NCBI GenBank assembly: GCA_010015805.1
Contig: ML978124.1
Location: 1,116,001-1,180,000 of the forward strand
Direction: 5' to 3'
DNA: 64,000 nt
Source: Rhizodiscina lignyota
Taxonomy: Eukaryota
Part shown: positions 60,227 through 64,000 of the stretch, in pieces
Layout of the letters: every line of letters begins with the position of its first letter
Position numbering within the stretch: position 1 is the stretch's first letter
Notes under the pieces: model-generated
Databases searched by the model: none
The model's input: the letters and a program-made list of their open reading frames with translations, nothing else
What the model was told of the DNA's origin: nothing
Position numbers and translations under genes: made by a program

Positions 60227-62395
60227 ATGGCGACGACGCAACTCCTCATCTCAGAGGAAGACACTCTGTACTTGGAGGCTTTAGCCGACTTGAGCGACGA
60301 TGGCCTCGACTCCGATTCTGAGAATGCTAGCTCTTCTGATGAGTTTGCACTAGCTCCCGAAGACGAAGACATATTCGACTCCTTTGACACTGGCACTGAT
60401 CTATCGCTACTTACATACGGCGCTGTGGTGCAAAACATCACGGCTCGAGAGCACGTTGGCAATGGAACGAAATGTTCTTTGTCAAATTCGGACCTTACGA
60501 CAAGTATCGGGTCTGACGTTGCCGCATACCGTATCAGAGAGATACGCCGCACTTTAAAGCGTTCGATTTCGGAGGAAACACTGCCCTTTCTGCAAGAAGG
60601 CGAGAAGCCCGCAAAGATGAACAAATCATTCTCAGAAGGCCTTGATCAAGTTTTCAGTCAGATCAGCTTGAGTTCTGAGATCCAGCTCTCACCTGCAAAG
60701 GAACCAAATGTAGTCCAGCAAGACGAGGTGCCCGTTGCATTACCATTCAGAGCCAAGCCGTGGCCGTCTTCTGCTGAGCTGGAGGCCGAGCTGGCAATTG
60801 AGGCGGAGATCAGCAAAGTTCTGGACGGCGGTGATGACGACGGGAAAGATGAGTTCGAAGGCAAGCCATTGCAGTTCCACATTCCGCCAGATGTTCTCTC
60901 GAGAGCAACAAAGGCAGCCAAGACTTCTTCCCCAATATATTGGTCACACACTCTCTATCGCGGTCCATCGGATGCGCGAGTCCAAATTCACTACTGTAGA
61001 ACAAAGGCTCAGTCCGAAAGTGTCGCGTCTTCCTTCCTCAATGAACCGATCCTGGGATTCGACATGGAATGGGTCGTTCACGGCTCAAAAGATGTCCAAG
61101 GACTGAAGCGTTGTGTTTCGCTCATTCAGCTTGGATGCGAAGACCGCGTCGCTCTATTTCACACTGCATTACACGATGGCACAACCGCGGAGGACTTGAT
61201 TGCTCCGAGCTTGAAGAAGATCCTCGAGTCGGAGAAGATCACGAAGACTGGCGTCAACATTCTCAATGCAGATGCAAAACGCTTGGAATGCCACTTTGGC
61301 CTTCGGCCTCAAGGCCTGCTCGAACTCAGCAGCTTGAATCGTATGATCTCGGGCAAACCAGAGATGATCAACGACAGATTGATCGCTCTGGCTAAGCAAG
61401 TAGAGTGGAACCTGCAGCTACCCCTGCTGAAGGACGATGTCCGGACGAGTAACTGGGGGAAAGAACTTGACGAGAAGCAGATGTGCTATGCGGCAGATGA
61501 TGCTTACGCAGGGTACATGTTGTACCGTGTGATGGAAGCGAAGAGATTGAAGATGGTGCCTCGAGTTCGGAGGCCTGCGTTTGCTGAACTGGGGATCCCA
61601 TTGCGCATGCAGATTCGGGTTGAGGAACAGGATGTTAGAGGAGAAGAGAAACAAAACCCAGACAACACGGAAGACAATGCGGCCAACAGCAATCCGACCA
61701 CCAACCCTGTCCGAAAGTCAGATGCGGTAGATAATTTGACCCTGGACGAGCGAGCTCAAACCATATTCAACGCTCTTTGCAATCATCATCTGGCTACAAC
61801 AAACTTGCAGAATGCCGTATCGACACTAGCAGTCAGCAAAGCAGTACTAAAAGCCATTGCGGTCAGCAGGCCACTGAGCATTAACGCACTCAAAATGGTC
61901 AAGGGCGTTGGTCCGGCGAAATTACAACAGTACGGTAGGGATTGGGTACGCATTGTGCAAGAGCACAGTGTGCAATTAGAAGTAGTGGAAAAGAACGAAG
62001 GCGAGAGAACAGCACAAGCGATATTGCCGTCCGACATCCGAGAGCAGGAGTACAATACATATGTACGCATCCTGAAAGCTTTGGAAGGGCTTCACGATAG
62101 ACTACGTAAGGACGAGAGATTCAACATCGGAGAGATTCCCGCCGACACACTCAAGAACCTGGCGAGGTTAAAGCCGTCCACGAGCAGAGCATTGGTTTTG
62201 GTACCAGGAGCTATTGAGCTCAACACGGCGGCAACTTGCCATGGTGTGGATCTTTTGGGACTCATCAGGAGACATGCCGAGGCTGCAGGAGACAAGGAGA
62301 AGAGAGTGGCAGATGGTGATAGCAGTGACGATGATGCATTTCAGGTTATGGAAGTGAGTGACGATCATGTGAATAGACGAAGATGGAGAGTGTGA
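60227..62395 (+). CDS. DEDDy 3'-5' exonuclease (WRN-exo/EXD-like) with HRDC-like domain
   Basis: Exo motifs ILGFDMEW, SLIQL, KTGVNILNADAKRL and SNW...YAADDAY, plus HRDC-like LKAIAVSRPLSINALKMVKGVGPAKLQQYG. Confidence 0.88.
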   Translation: MATTQLLISEEDTLYLEALADLSDDGLDSDSENASSSDEFALAPEDEDIFDSFDTGTDLSLLTYGAVVQNITAREHVGNGTKCSLSNSDLTTSIGSDVAAYRIREIRRTLKRSISEETLPFLQEGEKPAKMNKSFSEGLDQVFSQISLSSEIQLSPAKEPNVVQQDEVPVALPFRAKPWPSSAELEAELAIEAEISKVLDGGDDDGKDEFEGKPLQFHIPPDVLSRATKAAKTSSPIYWSHTLYRGPSDARVQIHYCRTKAQSESVASSFLNEPILGFDMEWVVHGSKDVQGLKRCVSLIQLGCEDRVALFHTALHDGTTAEDLIAPSLKKILESEKITKTGVNILNADAKRLECHFGLRPQGLLELSSLNRMISGKPEMINDRLIALAKQVEWNLQLPLLKDDVRTSNWGKELDEKQMCYAADDAYAGYMLYRVMEAKRLKMVPRVRRPAFAELGIPLRMQIRVEEQDVRGEEKQNPDNTEDNAANSNPTTNPVRKSDAVDNLTLDERAQTIFNALCNHHLATTNLQNAVSTLAVSKAVLKAIAVSRPLSINALKMVKGVGPAKLQQYGRDWVRIVQEHSVQLEVVEKNEGERTAQAILPSDIREQEYNTYVRILKALEGLHDRLRKDERFNIGEIPADTLKNLARLKPSTSRALVLVPGAIELNTAATCHGVDLLGLIRRHAEAAGDKEKRVADGDSSDDDAFQVMEVSDDHVNRRRWRV

Positions 62396-62490
62396 GGTAT
62401 ATATATGTACAAGTTACAACGTCCGTAACTCGGCGCATTTAAGATTACTATTGGATCATAGAGTATTATCCGGCTCATGTCGTCATGTTG

Positions 62491-64000
62491 CTAGCGTGAT
62501 TCTGCTTGCGCCTTTGGACAAGCCTTTTGAGCTGAAGTAAGGAAAGCCACGCCGTCACTGTAAGAAAGTCGCTCAGCATGCGCCAGAAGCGTTTCGCCAT
62601 CTTTATTTTTCGAATCAATGCTCCCTTCCGCATTGATGAGTTGCTCTAGTAATGGCAGATTTTGCGCTTCTATGGCGTGGTGCGCGAGCGGCGTGCTGTC
62701 CTTGTACACAACTTCAGGCGGCATCCCCCATTTGAGCAAGTTCTCGAGCAGGAGAGTCTTACCTCGTGCTGAAAGAATCCGAGCGATCGGACAAACGTCA
62801 CTGTCGATGACATCTGTCGCGTTCTTGCCGGGATCGGTGTAAAGTGTCTTCAGCAACGCCCGTCCGATAGCGCTGTGGTGTTGTGGCCAGGAGACAACTG
62901 TAGACTGAGCGAGTAGCTTCAGAGCTGTATTTCCCTCTTTGTCAGCGAATTTGACGTCGGCTCCAGCATCAAGAAGCGTGCGAACGGCAGCTGTTGCCCC
63001 AGACTTGACCGCAAGGTGAAGGGCGGTCTGCTGGAAATAACCACCGCTCGCATTAACGTCAATAGATTCGCTCTGAAGCAGTATCTTCAACATCGTGTGC
63101 TGGTCCCGGGATAGAGCGCCATGCCACTGATTTGCCGCAAGCAGCAAAGGAGTGCTACCAGATGCGTTTCGAGCATTTGCGTCGGCCTTTTTGAAAAGCA
63201 GCATACCGGCCGCCAGAACATCTCGTCTTCGTACTGCGAGATGCAATGGGCTATTGAGCGTCCCTGGAGATGGATGGTTTACATTAACGCCACCGCAAGC
63301 ATTTGATTTCAGCAAACAGGCCAGGGCGTATAGCTTGTGCTTTTCAAGCGGCTCGATATCGGCGCCAACGAAGATTTTCTGTATCGGAAGCGTGCCTGTG
63401 GAGTCTGGCATATTTGGATCCGCATCCGCGTCGATAAGAAGGCGGACCATCTTGTTGTAGCCCTTAAAGTATGGTAGCTGCAAGGCCAATATGAGGGGCG
63501 TTCTCCTCTTCGTCGGATGTAGGACGTTGACATCTGCGCCATTGTCTAATAGATACTTCAGGCACTTTGTGTGTCTGTACGTGGCACCTTTGATGGTTCG
63601 GAATATTGGTCCTGTTCTGGGCCGGTCTTTGGTGCCTGGATTGCACTTTCGCTCCATCAGGAACGCTACCGCGGCGGCTTTGCCTTCCGAGCAATACTTT
63701 TCTAGCAACCCATGGTCATGATCAAACCATCGAGTTGGGAAGCTATTCAGGGTTGATCGAGTGCGTTCAGACATGGCTGAAGTAGCCATTGATGATGCCT
63801 CCCACGCGTCATCAATATATTTCTGGGGGTCTACGAGATTAAAAGAAGAGCTCTCCTCATCGTCTCTAAAATCCGAGGGCTCATCCTTTGTAGGACTTGC
63901 TGGAAACGCAAAAGACACCTTTCGCTGGACCGACGAAGCTTCTTTTAGTCGAGCAGACGTGAGCTTTGGAGCCTTGTTTGACTTTTGACTTGTTGATGCC
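62491..64000 (-). CDS. Ankyrin-repeat protein, 5' end outside the window
   Basis: Ankyrin units YLLDNGADVN..RRTPLILA, SPLHLAV..KADANARN..GSTPLLLA and TALHLAVKSG..LLDAGADV. The frame appears open to the window edge. Confidence 0.88.
   Translation of the reverse strand, partial: ASTSQKSNKAPKLTSARLKEASSVQRKVSFAFPASPTKDEPSDFRDDEESSSFNLVDPQKYIDDAWEASSMATSAMSERTRSTLNSFPTRWFDHDHGLLEKYCSEGKAAAVAFLMERKCNPGTKDRPRTGPIFRTIKGATYRHTKCLKYLLDNGADVNVLHPTKRRTPLILALQLPYFKGYNKMVRLLIDADADPNMPDSTGTLPIQKIFVGADIEPLEKHKLYALACLLKSNACGGVNVNHPSPGTLNSPLHLAVRRRDVLAAGMLLFKKADANARNASGSTPLLLAANQWHGALSRDQHTMLKILLQSESIDVNASGGYFQQTALHLAVKSGATAAVRTLLDAGADVKFADKEGNTALKLLAQSTVVSWPQHHSAIGRALLKTLYTDPGKNATDVIDSDVCPIARILSARGKTLLLENLLKWGMPPEVVYKDSTPLAHHAIEAQNLPLLEQLINAEGSIDSKNKDGETLLAHAERLSYSDGVAFLTSAQKACPKAQAESR

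Overview
Eukaryotic DNA from a filamentous ascomycete (Pezizomycotina), with short GT-AG introns and CTRAC branch sites. About 23 protein-coding loci can be reconstructed by eye. Most are conserved housekeeping genes: PAF-acetylhydrolase, a bZIP TF, CBP3, a JSN1/PUF-RRM protein, VPS72, RPS24, an EFM3-like methyltransferase, an Ecl1-family protein, a NiCoT nickel permease, CEM1, CEG1, a DUF1857 protein, DOT5/PrxQ, an amino-acid permease, a GPI protein, a WRN-type exonuclease and a truncated ankyrin protein. Two functional gene pairs stand out. One is a divergent noxD/pro41-noxA NADPH-oxidase pair (16.8-22.3 kb). The other is a tandem AROM-derived repressor plus Zn2Cys6 activator, most likely gaaX-gaaR (51.8-57.7 kb). 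An accessory-looking island at about 6-16 kb holds orphan and decayed genes, a diverged 219-bp duplication, and an NLR-like gene with HeLo-like and Goodbye-like domains and a 10-residue repeat but no NACHT. Finer-scale observations include a GC-AG intron, a stop-free 60-nt intron splitting the peroxidatic Cys codon, an overlapping uORF, and recurrent C-to-G skew switches inside genes. No tRNA, rRNA, CRISPR array or intact transposon was recognised. All family calls rest on remembered motifs, not database searches.
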